DNA of 64,000 bases from the NCBI RefSeq assembly GCF_006345805.1, contig NC_043000.1, positions 122,512,001 to 122,576,000 of the forward strand, in the 5' to 3' direction. A program made the translations under genes and the position numbers. The notes beneath the pieces are model-generated. The model did not search any database and was not told the DNA's origin. It saw only the letters and a list, made by a program, of their open reading frames with translations. Below are positions 1 through 12,957 of the stretch, in pieces (position 1 is the stretch's first letter; each line of letters opens with the position of its first letter). This DNA is from Octopus sinensis. Lineage: Eukaryota.

Positions 1-250
1 AAAGTTTTGTCCGTGGAAGCCTCATTACGTGCAGGAGCTAAAACATGAAGACTGTGACAGCAGAAGTCCAAATTACACTCCATGTAACTTTTACCTGAGG
101 GGTTACACAAAGAAGATGTGCACAAGACAAAACCTCGTACACTGGAGGACTTAGAGGCACGGATTCAGGATGTTTTCAATGATATCGCAATCGACTTGCT
201 TCAGAAGGTTGTTCACTCCATATATGACCGTTTGTGAAAACTGGTTTGAC
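1..250 (+). pseudogene. Tc1/mariner-family transposase, degenerate C-terminal part
   Basis: Translates with frameshifts to RSPNYTPCNFYLRGYTKK..KPRTLEDLEARIQDVFNDIAIDLLQKVVHSI, matching the RSPDLTPxDFxLWGxxK motif and the C-terminal helices of Tc1/mariner transposases. Confidence 0.8.
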
Positions 251-1205
251 GTTAAAATATGAAGATTCACTTTCATTTTCCCATGTAATAAAGAACCTGT
301 ATCGTTTGTTTCAATGAATTTGTAGAATGAATATGGATTTTATTACCAATTTTTAAGGCCTACTGACTTTTCACATACAGTGCTGTTTTACGTCGTTTTC
401 TTTGAGTCTATAGTAGAAGTGAATACGTCTCGTTTTGTTCTTCGTAGAAAGAAAAATAGAGATGCTTGCCTTGATAGTTTTCATGGTTTACTAAACAGGC
501 CACTCATTCGAAAAACCGTACTTATCATTCAACTTTGAACTGCTCACGAAGAAGCAGGAATTTCTAGTTATTGCTGCAACGACTAAAGTAATTTGGACAC
601 CGCAAGTTTCCCGCTGGTGTTGTTAAAAATTTAATGAATAATGATGGACAAAACAAGGTGTTTAAAAAAAATCTGATATATTCTATGTAGTTAAACTACA
701 GCTTTTATTCGTTTTCCTGTGAAACGTTAAACAGATGTGAATAAATCTTGTTATTCTCTTATTAGATACTCATACACACACATATATATTCACAAAGATA
801 TGTGTGTGTATTTGTGTATGTGTGCATGTGTTTATCTTGCGGTGGCGTATATCTCTGAACGATATAAATACGAGACTGAAAACTGATATAAACTGTGCTT
901 TAGGAACTAAGTCATTTGCGATATATCTAATGCAACTCTACTGTCAGAAATGCTATGAAGCTATTGTTGGTCTGCTGAAAACCTGTAACCAATAAAGCTA
1001 TTGTTCACCAATTGTATGAGAACATAATAAAAATAACATAATACGATTCCATGAGAAAACGACTTCAATAAAAATTGAGAAGCTGATTTCCACAGAAAAG
1101 AATATTCTAATGTAATAGTGCTCATCTATATAAAAGTCATCAAAATAAATGCTCTTGGAACATTGTCCTTCAGATAACTTAACAGTCACTTTAAATAACA
1201 CTAAA

Positions 1206-1256
<51 letters not shown>

Positions 1257-3409
1257 TATATATAGACATATATTCAGATATAAACGTGAGTATGTCTGTG
1301 TGTATCGTTTTATGTAGATATGAATATATATGGATAGAAATGAAATAGATATTTACATGTGTGTATGTGTGTATGTATGTACGTATATGGGTATATATAT
1401 CCTCTCGTCTTAAATCTCGAAATACGAGTTTATGGATTCTTCTATATGCAGAAATTTTGTAGTGAAATTATAGCGTATTTTTATTTTCTGATACTTTTAC
1501 TGCTTTCATTTATGAGACCGCGACCACTCTGGAGCTGCTGGCAATAATTTCAGTGATTAAATTGGACCTAATACTTTCTCTAGTATTTTATCTACCGATC
1601 TATATTTATTGAATGTATCACATTATTTTATACATAAATGTATATACTTCGACGTAAATGAATATTTAAATACTGCCATGCATATTTGTCCAACGATGTG
1701 GTTTTAAGCACGCATAAGTATAAGTGTCTGTGTGTTTATGTGTGTTAATATACTATGTTTTTCAACACTATATCTGTCTATTAACTAGTTCTCACAACCG
1801 TGGTTTAAAGTCGGCATTTGTTGCCAGGTAGCCGTTGTGTCTACAATAAATATTGTACTACTTATCACTATAAATATCATCACCATTATTAGCCTGTACT
1901 TGATTATTGTCATAGAAGATGTTATTTTGAAACAATTATGCCTTTAGCCGCGATGGTTATATGTCGTTGTTAGTTAACCTCAGAAGTAATTGTTTTAATG
2001 AGTGATCTGAGATGTGCATTGGACAGGCTATGTATTTTTGTTTTATATTTTAATGACCTTTCAACTATTTACGAAAATACAGTCTTCCTAGCGAATATTT
2101 TGCATTATTACTTAGTCGGCATCTGTAGATTTGTATGGTGAAATATTTTTTGAAAAACACTTTGGATGAAAAGTGAATGCAATATCTGATATATTGTTAT
2201 TATTTTACATTATTTTATTAAGAGCTGGAAGAACTGTGCTTATGACTTTTCTACGATGTCTTTTGTAGTTTTGTCTTTGATGTGGAGTATAATGTAAAAC
2301 TGATTATTGGACAAAGAAAGTTGCGAGGGATTCAAGATCAGGAAAAATAGAAGTAGTTAAAAACCTAGTTTATATGATAGACAGGCAGAATGTTCAGATG
2401 AAACAAAAATTCAAAATAGAAAAAGAAATACAGTGAGACAAAGAAAATTCAAAGACTGATTGTAAATCAAGTTGTGTCGGGGAAGTTTTTGTTGAGAATA
2501 TTCTTTTTTAAGATGTAGGCAACAATGTACGTGAACAAAATCGTGCTGAGCTGCCGGAAATATATGCTTTAGAAAGTCACCCGTGTACCGCCATTTTTCC
2601 GGCTTGAAACCCTCTCTTACAATTAAGTAACTAAAAATCTTCGGAAATTTAGAGGTGCGAAAAGGTTACTATTTCTGTAGTATCTAGTGCTCAAAATATA
2701 ATACGATATAGTTTTCACCATATCAGAGTATTTGGTATTGCATTATAAGCTCTATCAAATTTTACCTCCCAACCAAATATATTTGACTGCAGACCATGCC
2801 TTACAGCTATTAATTAATACGGAAGAATCAATTTTCAGAAAACTATTAACTTCTTGGGTTTCACTTAATCTTCCAATTATCAAACTAATTCTAGAAAATA
2901 TGTTGCACCCAAGATTCGAAATGTTTTAGATTAATTATAATTTTGTATTTTGAAATATAAAAATAAATTCAGCCACGATGTAATATGAATATTTGAATAA
3001 ATAACGAAGTATTTTCTAATGTTCTTCTCTCTCCTGATAGTGTCGCTTTTAGTGATGCATAAAAAGTGGACGAGTTTGTTTTTCATCTCTCTTCATGTTA
3101 GTCTATTAATGATGTTACTGTGATATGAAAATTTTTTTTAACATCTTCCTAAATTAAAACATCGAACATACGTATAGACACATTTATGCATGCATATATT
3201 CATTTCCTGTTTTATGATGTGTGTGATTCAATGAGAGATTGAATGAAAATAGACACTATGCGCAAGTTATACAAACTTCAGTATACAGATTTCTCTATTG
3301 CATATCACTGCCAGATTCTTTTGACTTTATATTTTAATTTGATATTTTATAGAGAAAAGGTTGTTGCCCTTGTTGCTTTTTATTCTTTTATTTCTTCCTG
3401 ACCAGATAT

Positions 3410-3830
3410 TTTTTTTCTTGTTTCAGCTCAGAGCTGAGGCCATGCTGATGCACCGCCGTTTTGTGCTACACTGTTATTACGAAGAGCCTCCTCTAATATG
3501 TGGCACTTGATGAAGAATGGAGTTTGATATAGCTACTCTCATTTGCACCTCTTGCCGTGAGGTAGGTTCAGCTGGGACTCTCGACAGGAAGATGTCCAGC
3601 TTTGATTTAAAAACCGCTACATCTACTTTGTGCAAGTTCCTCAGACTCTTTGGGAGAATATTAAAAAGCTGTGGGCCCTTGAAACCCAGGCTGTTGCAGT
3701 AAGCTGGTCCTGAAGCGTGATGAGCAAATATTTCATCACACAGTTTTTTTCTCTGACCACCCCAATTTCGTTGCAGGGACTTTAAATTTAAGAAAACACT
3801 ACACACTACAGGATTCGTTTAAGATACTAA
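3410..3830 (-). mobile_element. CR1/L2-type LINE, 5'-truncated 3' end (ORF2 C-terminus plus tail)
   Basis: ORF 3477-3806 reads YCNSLGFKGPQLFNILPKSLRNLHKVDVAVFKSKLDIFLSRVP, typical of the CR1/L2 ORF2 end. It is followed by the tail GGCGGTGCATCAGCATGGCCTCAG..CTGAAACAAG and an A-rich end. Confidence 0.8.
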
Positions 3831-4737
3831 GGCGGATTCGATGAATATTTCGCTCCTACTCCAATACAATCAGTCGATTAAATACTCCTTTATTAATTCA
3901 AAAATTGATGGGTTTTCAGCTATGGTGATTGCGTTAAATTTAAAAAGCAAATGCAGCTAAGTGAAATATAAATACTTATACTAAAAACCGGAGCCGACTT
4001 TGTCAAGATTTTCCAGTTAAATCCATAATAATAACCACTCACTGAAAATAAAGCATTATAAATAGAATACTGTTTTATTTCATTCATGAAGTAAGAAATA
4101 TTCCCTTTCCAGTTAATATTATTTTTCACTTACACACTGAAATAAATATATATAAATCTACACTTTTCTTTGAAATAATTATAATTAGAAGAGCAGAGTA
4201 TGGCATTTCACTTGCATATCCTCTCCAAACATTCAAACAATCATGTACGTATGTGGTTAAATATTCATCCATTTTATAATTGTTATGGCATATTTGCGTA
4301 CTTTAAAATTGTTGATTTATCTCGGCGTAGATCTAAATAAACATGAATGTTCCCTTCACCGTCCTTAACATTTGTTCTATGGACGTCTTGAAACACAAAC
4401 TACTTACCCATTATTTAATTACTACCTTTTAAGTATTCATTTTCTAAAGCATTTGCTCTTTCCTCCAGAAAATTACAAACTTCATTTCAGAATTTTAAAA
4501 TGCATCCTACAGCGAAACCCATTTCAACAATTATTATCAACGAATCTACACAAATTTAGCATTTATTGCTGAATAGGAATCAGAATATATTCACCTAAAT
4601 AGAGACAATAGACAAAACTTCTCTGATAATCACAAACATTATGTTATTCACAAGCTTCTCCTGTTTCTCTCCCTTCTTCAGATACCACGTTACTTTCCTC
4701 TTCTTCACCTCCATGCTAATGTTGTTGGTGGTGTTTT

Positions 4738-4898
4738 TCTTCTTCTTCTTCTTCTTCTTCTTCTTCTTCTTCTTCTTCTTCTTCTTCTTCTTCTTCTTCT
4801 TCTTCTTCTTCTTCTGCTTCTGCTTATGAATAACATTATTATTATTGTTAATATTATTATTATTATTATTGTTATTATTATTGTCATTATTATTATTA

Positions 4899-4957
<59 letters not shown>

Positions 4958-4967
4958 GTTCTTATTA

Positions 4968-5026
<59 letters not shown>

Positions 5027-5028
5027 AT
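4738..5028. repeat. Compound (CTT)n-(ATT)n microsatellite
   Basis: Directly visible; it generates the poly-N/K/I/L ORFs in the track. Confidence 0.95.
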
Positions 5029-5382
5029 GAATGTACAAAGTGGCTGCTGTTAGAGACGCTAATGTGTTTTGAATTAAAACCTTGCATACGTTGATGTTTT
5101 CCTCTCAGGAACAGTCAAGTGCTAGGTCGATTAGATTATGTTGAAGCCATATACCAATGTCGGAAATCATTTTGGACGGTGGAAATCGAATTAACTCATT
5201 GTGTCTGGTTTCGGCCCTTCACTATCTACGTTCAAATATCTCTAAGGTTAACAATACTTTTTTTTAATAGTCTTGGTCCACTATAGATTTTTGTCTATGT
5301 TAGAAATAATCCACGCAAAAACAACAACAATAACAACAGCAAGAACAACAACAATAATAATGGTAGTAGTAGTAATAATAAT

Positions 5383-5422
<40 letters not shown>

Positions 5423-5423
<1 letters not shown>

Positions 5424-6040
5424 GAATTTCCCTAATTCAGTACCAAGCGGTGGCTTTCAAGGTTTCTGATCTTAACTGATTGGAAGTGCTATCATGTAAT
5501 ATGTTTTGTCTTGGTATAAAAGATAGGCTACAGTAAATATTCTGCAGAAAACCACATATTTGCTTGTCAGTTGCTTGACCGTAACCAGTTGAGCTTGTCC
5601 CTTGGTGACTGACGATATGTACATATCTGATCACGAGCAGAAGTAATGGCGGGAGCGTCATAGCTTTGTGTTGAGAGGAATTCTTTTTGGTTTGAATAAT
5701 TCAACTCAGGAAACTTGCTGAATATGAATCGGAATGTTTTCACCTAAATATAGACAATAGACAAAACTTCTCTGATAATTACAAACATTATGTTCTTCAC
5801 AAGCTTATTCAGAGACCTTTTGAGAGACCTTGTGGGCGGGATGGGCTACTTGACCTGGGCCCCACCTGCAAGGTCATGCGCTATTTATCTTGATATGAGA
5901 TCACCATGTCGTGCACATATGGTTGTGATGCATGTGCCTGGTGTATCCTTATCAGACGAGTGGTCATGATGAGTATACTGGACTTCGTATGTTTTACACC
6001 AGTGTCAGTTTGATGGCATGCACTGCTCTCTCACTTAATA
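5423..6040. mobile_element. Interspersed repeat of unassigned class, next to an (ACA)n run
   Basis: GC-richer block that resembles an abundant octopus repeat as I recall it; no coding motif recognised; interrupted by a 92-bp copy of 4566-4657. Confidence 0.35.
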
Positions 6041-6243
6041 ACTACTCTTTACTCTTTTACTATTTTACTTCTTTCAGTTATTTGACTGCGGCCATGATGG
6101 AGCACCGCCTTTAATCGACCCCGGGACTTATTCTTTGTAAGCCTAATGCTTATTCTATCGGTCTCTTTTTCCGAACCGCTAAGTTATGGGGACATAAACA
6201 CACCAGCATCGGTGTGTTTATGTCTCCATAATAAACACACCAG

Positions 6244-6297
<54 letters not shown>

Positions 6298-6298
6298 A

Positions 6299-6329
<31 letters not shown>

Positions 6330-6506
6330 TCATTATTGTTGTTGTTTTTTATGCTGTTGTTATTGCTTTTGGGTGGATTATTTCTAACATAGACATAAAT
6401 TTATACCAAACAGAAAACTCAAAAACATCTCAGGAAAAAAATAAAGAAAAATGGAATTGAGTTCCTGCGGAAAAGGAATATTATCTGTTTCAGTAGAATC
6501 TGAATG

Positions 6507-6549
6507 CTATGAAGGAAATCCAGTGGCTTGCGATATGAATGGCCCATAC
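6507..6549 (-). CDS. Predicted host gene, terminal coding exon (R)YGPFISQATGFPS*
   Basis: Acceptor atttcattcag; starts in phase 2, matching the upstream exon; TAG stop at 6509-6507. Confidence 0.5.
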
Positions 6550-6744
6550 CTGAATGAAATGTAAATATATAGACATTTGCAAGAAATACGGAACTTTGGT
6601 AATACAGACAATACGCAAGAGAAATATCGAGACGAAGTCCTGTTAGACAAGGAAATGAGACAAAGAGAATAGAAAGTGCCAGGTAATTAAGTGACTTGCA
6701 GTTCCAAACGATGAATAAGTCAATGTGAAAGGTATAGAGAAACG

Positions 6745-6916
6745 AATTAAGACGAAAGAGTACAACAGGGATCGGCACCACCCCATGCCGGAACCTCGTG
6801 GGGCTTTAGGTGTGATTTCGCTCAATAAACACACACAACGCCCGGTCTGGGAATCGAAACCGCGATCCTCCGACCGCGAGTTCGCTACCCTAACCACTGA
6901 GCCATTGCGCCTCCAC
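6745..6916 (-). mobile_element. SINE family C (tRNA head GGAGGCGCAATGGCYCAGTGGTTAGGG), 3'-truncated
   Basis: A-box/B-box-like head; near-identical to the copies at 22493, 32259, 38482 and 60900. Confidence 0.85.
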
Positions 6917-6945
6917 ATTAGCCGAAGTATACAAGTTATATTTAC

Positions 6946-7103
6946 CGTGGGCTAGGACGGCGATATTTCAAGTAGGAAAGAGGTGGGGTTTTGAAATTTT
7001 TCAGGTAGGCGTTCTCAGGTGGTTTTTCAAGTGATCCAATATTTTTTAGCAATCCCTGGTGATAGACATTTGGCGAATGGAAGCAACTCGATTCAAGAGA
7101 ATA
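6946..7103 (-). CDS. Predicted host gene exon YSLESSCFHSPNVYHQGLLKNIGSLEKPPENAYLKNFKTPPLSYLKYRRPSP(R)
   Basis: 158 nt open frame, acceptor aaatctctag, donor gtaaat, phase 0 to 2; phases fit both neighbours. Confidence 0.6.
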
Positions 7104-7917
7104 CTAGAGATTTTGTTGAAAAATATGTATCCTGATAACTTTCTTTGAGTTGAATATTAATCCAGTAATTTGATGAACATTAATCAATAAGACTCAAAGA
7201 AAAAAAAATTGTGTCTGCAATTGTGTCTGTATAAATTCACATGCGGTGATCTTTCAAACAGAAATTAAGTAAATTTCATGTTTCGCTGTTACTTTACAGT
7301 AGAAAAGAGAGGACTGAACCAAAATAATGTCTGATTATGAACTAAGAGATAAGAAAAATGATGAATAGCAACTTCTTAACAGAACTAGCGATAACTTTGC
7401 GTGTATGTGTGTGTGCGTGAGTCTGTGTGAGTGAGTGTGTGTACAGGTGTACGCCTCTATTCTAGAAAACAATGTTTTCCAAAATGGAGGCGAACACCTT
7501 TCTCCATGTGATGGACTTGAAAACGTGTTAACATACTTGGATATTTCCCTACACTTCTTAACATGAATCTAATGGTAGCCTTAATTCACAAATGCAGAAA
7601 TTATTTATCTACCAATGCGTTGTGGCGCAGTCAATGCGGTGTTGCGCACTCTACTTCTACGCATATATGTAAACGAAGTTGTGGGAAGGGTGAGATTATC
7701 TCCCATTTCAAGATGTCCGCAATTTATTGCAACTAAGTGGTTACCCTAGTCTCGGTCTCTAGATATGGGAAGATGATATAAGAAAAAAATCAAGTATTTT
7801 ATCTTAATGTTGTTTAATAAATACTTCTTACGCCTTTTCTCCAAATACATTCTACACAAACAATTTAGACTTTTAAACTACACACGCGCAGGCGCACACA
7901 CACTTACACACGCACAC

Positions 7918-7959
<42 letters not shown>

Positions 7960-7962
<3 letters not shown>

Positions 7963-8140
7963 CTGCCCACAAGGGGGCACACACACAGAGGACAAACAAG
8001 GACAAACAAACGTATTAAATGGATTATATCGACCCCAGTGCGTAACTGGTAATTATTTAATCGACCCCGAAAGGATGAAAGACAAAGTCGACCTCGGCGG
8101 AATTTGAACTCAGATCGTAGCGGCAGATGAAATACCGCTA
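7960..8140 (-). mobile_element. SINE family A, head-truncated
   Basis: Contains the core GGTCGACTTTGTCTTTCATCCTTTCGGGGTCGATTAAAT and the tail ..GCCCCCTTGTGGGCAGTAAA. Confidence 0.9.
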
Positions 8141-8663
8141 CGCAGTTCATATATATATATGTATATATATATATGAAATGTATGCAATGAATATATATAT
8201 ATATATATATATGCAATGTCTATTTCTCAAAGCGTAAATGGATTGGGAATCATATAATGCGGCGTACGAAGAGGGAGAATAATAAAGTAATAAAAGAAGA
8301 TGTATGTATCAATATATATTTTGATTTTAACCAGTGATTTCACGCTTCTTGACAGTAAATATATATTAAGTCTTGAATACATCTATCTTCTCCAGATTGA
8401 TAATATTTTTCATATTCTTATTATCTGATTTCTATCTTTATTTTCTAATCATTATTGTGTCTTGATAAATATTATTTTAAGAAAGATGTTAAGCAGAACA
8501 AGTATTATGTGGCGGGGGTATGTGTGTTCGTGCGTGTGTGTGCTCGTGTGTATGCCCGTGTGTGTGCCCGTGTCTGTGCGTGTGTGTGTGTGTGTGTGTG
8601 TGTGCAGCTATATACAAAAAAGACTTATATTTCGCGACCAGATTTAACACTGCCGTTTTGTAC

Positions 8664-8742
8664 CTTGGGTCTACTTGGCAGAGTCCACTCGGATTCAGGC
8701 TTTCTAGTCAGATATCTTTCTCTCTTCCACCAGTCTCGGTGG
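8664..8742 (-). CDS. Predicted host gene exon (S)HRDWWKRERYLTRKPESEWTLPSRPK
   Basis: 79 nt, acceptor aatttacacag, donor gtacaa, phase 2 to 0. Confidence 0.6.
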
Positions 8743-9091
8743 CTGTGTAAATTCATGATCTCTATTTACCGTCTTAGTTATATTATTTAATTACATAAAG
8801 GCGTCGCGCTGGCGGAATCGTTAGCACGCTTCGAAAAATGCTTAGCAGCATTTAGTCAGTCTACTTTCTGGGTTCAAATTCTCCTGAGCTCGACCTACGA
8901 GATCGATGTAATCGTCATAACCCTTCCACCGAAACTAAAGACTCTTGTGGCATGACTGAAACCAATATTTAATTACGCACACACACAAAGATGATAGGCA
9001 CATAGGTAAATAGATAGAGATGGTGGGGAAGAGAGAAGCAAGGAAAGAAACGCAGAGAAAGACAGAGAAGAAGCATGGAGAGAAAGACATA

Positions 9092-9256
9092 CGCGCAGAA
9101 GTGGCTGTGGGGTAAGTAGCTTGCTTACCAACCACATGGTTCCGGGTTCAGTCACCCTGCGTGGTATCTTGGGCAAGTGTCATCTACTATAGCCTCGCAC
9201 CGACCAAAGCCTTGTGAGTGGATTTGGTAGACGGGAACTGAAAGAAGCCCGTCGTA

Positions 9257-9301
<45 letters not shown>

Positions 9302-9520
9302 TTATGTATGTGTGTATATGTTTGTGCGTGTGTGTCCGCCTGACAACCGATGCTGGTGTGTTTACGTCCCCGTAAACTAGCAGTTCGGCAAAAGAGACCG
9401 ATAGAATAAGTACTAGGCTTACAAAGAATAGGTCCTGGGATCGATTTGCTCGATAAAAGGCGGTGCTCCAGCATGGCTGCTGACAAAATGACAGAAACAA
9501 GTAAAAGAGTAAAGAGTATA
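9092..9520 (+). mobile_element. SINE family B, full length (tRNA head, CORE-like domain, internal TA/TG microsatellite, CR1-like tail)
   Basis: Head GCGCAGRAGTGGCTGTG.GGTAAG; CORE-like GGYAYCTTGGGCAAGTGTC; tail GGCGGTGCTCCAGCATGG..ACAGAAACAAGTAAAAGAG. Confidence 0.9.
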
Positions 9521-9562
9521 GAATAAGAACACAGACAACGGAAGAATGACTGAACATACTAC

Positions 9563-9682
9563 CTGTTATAGCTATTAGTTATGTCTAGCTGTAATTTCAA
9601 CAGCTTAAAACATCCACCGAGAGCTGAACAGCCGAAGGTATTCAAAGAAACTCTGCATGCCTCTTCATGCCAGCGTTTCAGC
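9563..9682 (-). CDS. Predicted host gene exon (R)LKRWHEEACRVSLNTFGCSALGGCFKLLKLQLDITNSYN
   Basis: 120 nt open frame, acceptor taattacag (an in-frame alternative acceptor lies 24 nt upstream), donor gtagta, phase 2 to 2. Confidence 0.6.
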
Positions 9683-9787
9683 CTGTAATTACTTACCGGG
9701 ACACATCTAGGTCACAACATATGGACAGCCTTTTTGCTGCCACAGAGGGCTATACAAGACGAAAGCACATTCTGTGCTATTGCCTAC

Positions 9788-9814
9788 CTTGAAAATCTCA
9801 CTGGGTTATTAAAT
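9788..9814 (-). CDS. Predicted host gene micro-exon FNNPVRFS
   Basis: 27 nt, acceptor tggtatcttag, donor gtaggc, phase 2 to 2; supported mainly by phase consistency. Confidence 0.45.
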
Positions 9815-10064
9815 CTAAGATACCAGATGATTGTAGAGTAAATTATGGTTTTTAAATTATTATTATTTTTATTATTAGTATTATTACTATTATTATTCTT
9901 TTTCTTCTTCTTCTTCTTCTTCTTCTTCTTCTTCTTCCTCCTCTTCTTCTTCTTCTTCTTCTTCTTCTCTGCCAAGAATTCACAGCGACCTCGAACACAC
10001 AAGAGTGAACAACAGAGACAGAGGCCGGCAGAAATATGGAAAATGCCCCTTGTATTTGAATACT

Positions 10065-10280
10065 ATACTCTTTACTCTTTTACTCTTTTACTTGTTTCAG
10101 TCATTTGACTGCGGCCATGCTGGATCACCGCCTCTAGTCGAGCAAATCGATCCCGGGACTTATTCTTTGTAAGCCCAGTACCTTATCCTATCGTTCTCTT
10201 TTGCCGAACCGCTAGGTGACGGGGGCCTAAACACACCAGCATCAGTTGTCAAGCAATGCTAGGGGGACAAACACACACAA

Positions 10281-10343
<63 letters not shown>

Positions 10344-10505
10344 TACGACAGGCTTCTTTCAGTTTCCGTCTACCAAATCCACTCACAAGGCATTGGTCGG
10401 CCCGGGGCTTTGCAGAAGACACTTGCCCAAGATGCCACACAGTGGGACTGAACCCGGAACCATGTGGTTGGTAAACAAGCTACTTACCACACAGTCACTC
10501 ATGCG
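10065..10505 (-). mobile_element. SINE family B, full length
   Basis: Reverse complement of the 9092-9520 type, with a central (CA)n(TA)n. Confidence 0.9.
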
Positions 10506-10668
10506 CCTATGCAAATATATTTTTCTAAAAATACTTTTATTTTAATTTTTCCAAAATTTAATTATTTTCCATACTAACAGTTAGAGCGTCTCAATGATGG
10601 AAACCGGTACTGAAAGGTTTTTTACAAATTTATTTTAGCATTTTCTACCTTAACTTTTTTCCACATAC

Positions 10669-10784
<116 letters not shown>

Positions 10785-11003
10785 GTGTGTGTGCGTGCAT
10801 GTGTGCGTGTGTGTATTTGTGCCTGACTATCGATGTTGGCGTGTTTACGTTTCCCGTAACTTAGCGGTTCGGCAAAAGAGAACGATAGAATAAGTACTAG
10901 GCTTACAAAGTATAATTCCTAGGGGTCGATTTGTTCGAATAAAGGCGGTGCTCCAACATGGCCGCAGTCAAATGACAGAAACAAATAAAAGAATGAAAGA
11001 ATA

Positions 11004-11053
<50 letters not shown>

Positions 11054-11149
11054 CATACGGATAGATAGAGACAGACATACGTAAATCGTTAAAAGAAAGC
11101 AGAAGCATAGACTCTGTAGTCTGCATCAAACTCATGTAAGTCATAAGCA

Positions 11150-11830
11150 CTGTATTGACTCGGAACCGTGTTCTTTTCTAAGACTCAACACAAGAATGTG
11201 GAATAACATCCAAAATTACTAAAGGATTCTCATTAAAACTCAGAGTACCATATGAAAGTAGAAGGGAAGTGTGCTCACATTTAAAACACTGACAAATATG
11301 ATAACTTAGGTTCCTGACGTCAAACAACGTCCTCGTCACAGAGATGGTTGACAATGGATTTGAGAGTATATCTGTTTATGATCTCATGAAGCGGTCCTTA
11401 TTTTCTGCTAGAAAGAGAACTAAAGCTCTTAAGACAAAAGTAGAAGCAGCTGAGAAGTGTGTCAAATGCCTCTGGTCAATGGGCCTATGTATTGCTCTTG
11501 ACACCAAGAGTAGATTTATGCGTACATCAGCTTCTCCGAAGCACATGTGAAGCTGCATTCCACTGTGAAATGTTGTCCTTGCTTGAAGGAGAAGTCTGAT
11601 ACCTCAATTAATTTGACGCATATCCCACAGTTGAGTCTCCCGCATTTTTTTACTGCCGGCTTCACTGTTGTTGTTGAGCATATTGTGGCTTGTGTTAGGA
11701 GGCTTTTCAAAGATTTGGGCTGTCTCTTGCTTTTTATGATGGTGTGTGTTTGGAGGATTAAGTTCATTCTGTGGTATTTATTTAGCAGGGAAATGTTTTG
11801 AAGGATGGTGTCGAAGGCTTCATTGTTAAG
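11150..11830 (-). mobile_element. Penelope-like element relic (C-terminal linker and GIY-YIG endonuclease region)
   Basis: IKSKRQPKSLKSLLTQA..VKKCGRLNCGICVKL..FSFKQGQHFTVECSFTCASEKLMYA matches the PLE Cys-rich linker that precedes GIY-YIG; degenerate beyond that point. Confidence 0.75.
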
Positions 11831-11876
11831 ACACACACACACACACACATTCACACACACATACACATATACATAC

Positions 11877-11918
<42 letters not shown>

Positions 11919-12087
11919 CGGGCTTCTTTCAGTTTCCGTCTACCAAATCGATTCACAAGGTTTTAGTCGACCCGAGACTATAGTAGAAATCACTTGCCAA
12001 AGATGCCAGGCAGTGGGACTGAATCTGGAACCATGAGGCTGATAAGCAAACTACTTACCACGCGTCCACGTCTCTCTATCTATCGAT

Positions 12088-12118
<31 letters not shown>

Positions 12119-12183
12119 TATATATACATACACATACACAGACACACAGACACGCATAAATATATACGTATATATATATATAC

Positions 12184-12263
<80 letters not shown>

Positions 12264-12264
12264 G

Positions 12265-12440
12265 AGGGCATATGGTTTAGTGGTTAGGGTGTTGCACTCA
12301 TGATTCCAAGATCGTCGTTTCGATTCCCATACTGGGCGTTTTGTGGTGTTCTTCAGTAAAGCATTCCATTTCACGTTGCTCTGCGTTCATCGGACATGTG
12401 ACATATGGTGCCCCTGTACAGGTAACGACGATTTAAAAGC
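12265..12440 (+). mobile_element. Degenerate tRNA-derived SINE (head similar to family C)
   Basis: GGCATATGGTTTAGTGGTTAGGG (A box) ... GTTTCGATTCCC (B box). Confidence 0.6.
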
Positions 12441-12591
12441 GGGATTGAGTATATGTGGACACAAACATTTGATCGCTATAAACAAATCATCCGTGCTGAA
12501 CCCTCATTACTATTTAACAGAAGCAAGAGAGTGACCCAAGCAATTCCGATATTTTCGTGCGTTGGCACTTATCGAAATTGGTTATTACCAA

Positions 12592-12633
<42 letters not shown>

Positions 12634-12891
12634 ATATATACATGCACACACACACACACATATATATATACATATATATTTACATGTGTGTTTGCGCTGG
12701 CGTGCGTGTCTGTGTAAAATACAATGTTTGTGAGTTCGTTTATCCTTTGGGATGTAATTTCGTAGGCGAATATTATTTGAATATTAAGTTATTATTAAGT
12801 TATATGCTTCCATAAGTTTTGCATGGATATGCACAGGCCTGGATATGTAGGCATATGCATACACACATACACACATACGCATATACATGCG

Positions 12892-12957
<66 letters not shown>

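Noticed and set aside
4595-5479. Poly-N/K/I/L/T ORFs
   Set aside because: Translations of trinucleotide microsatellites.
6450-6563. Plus-strand small ORF MELSSCGKGILSVSVESECYEG..
   Set aside because: Overlaps the better supported minus-strand terminal exon; no independent support.
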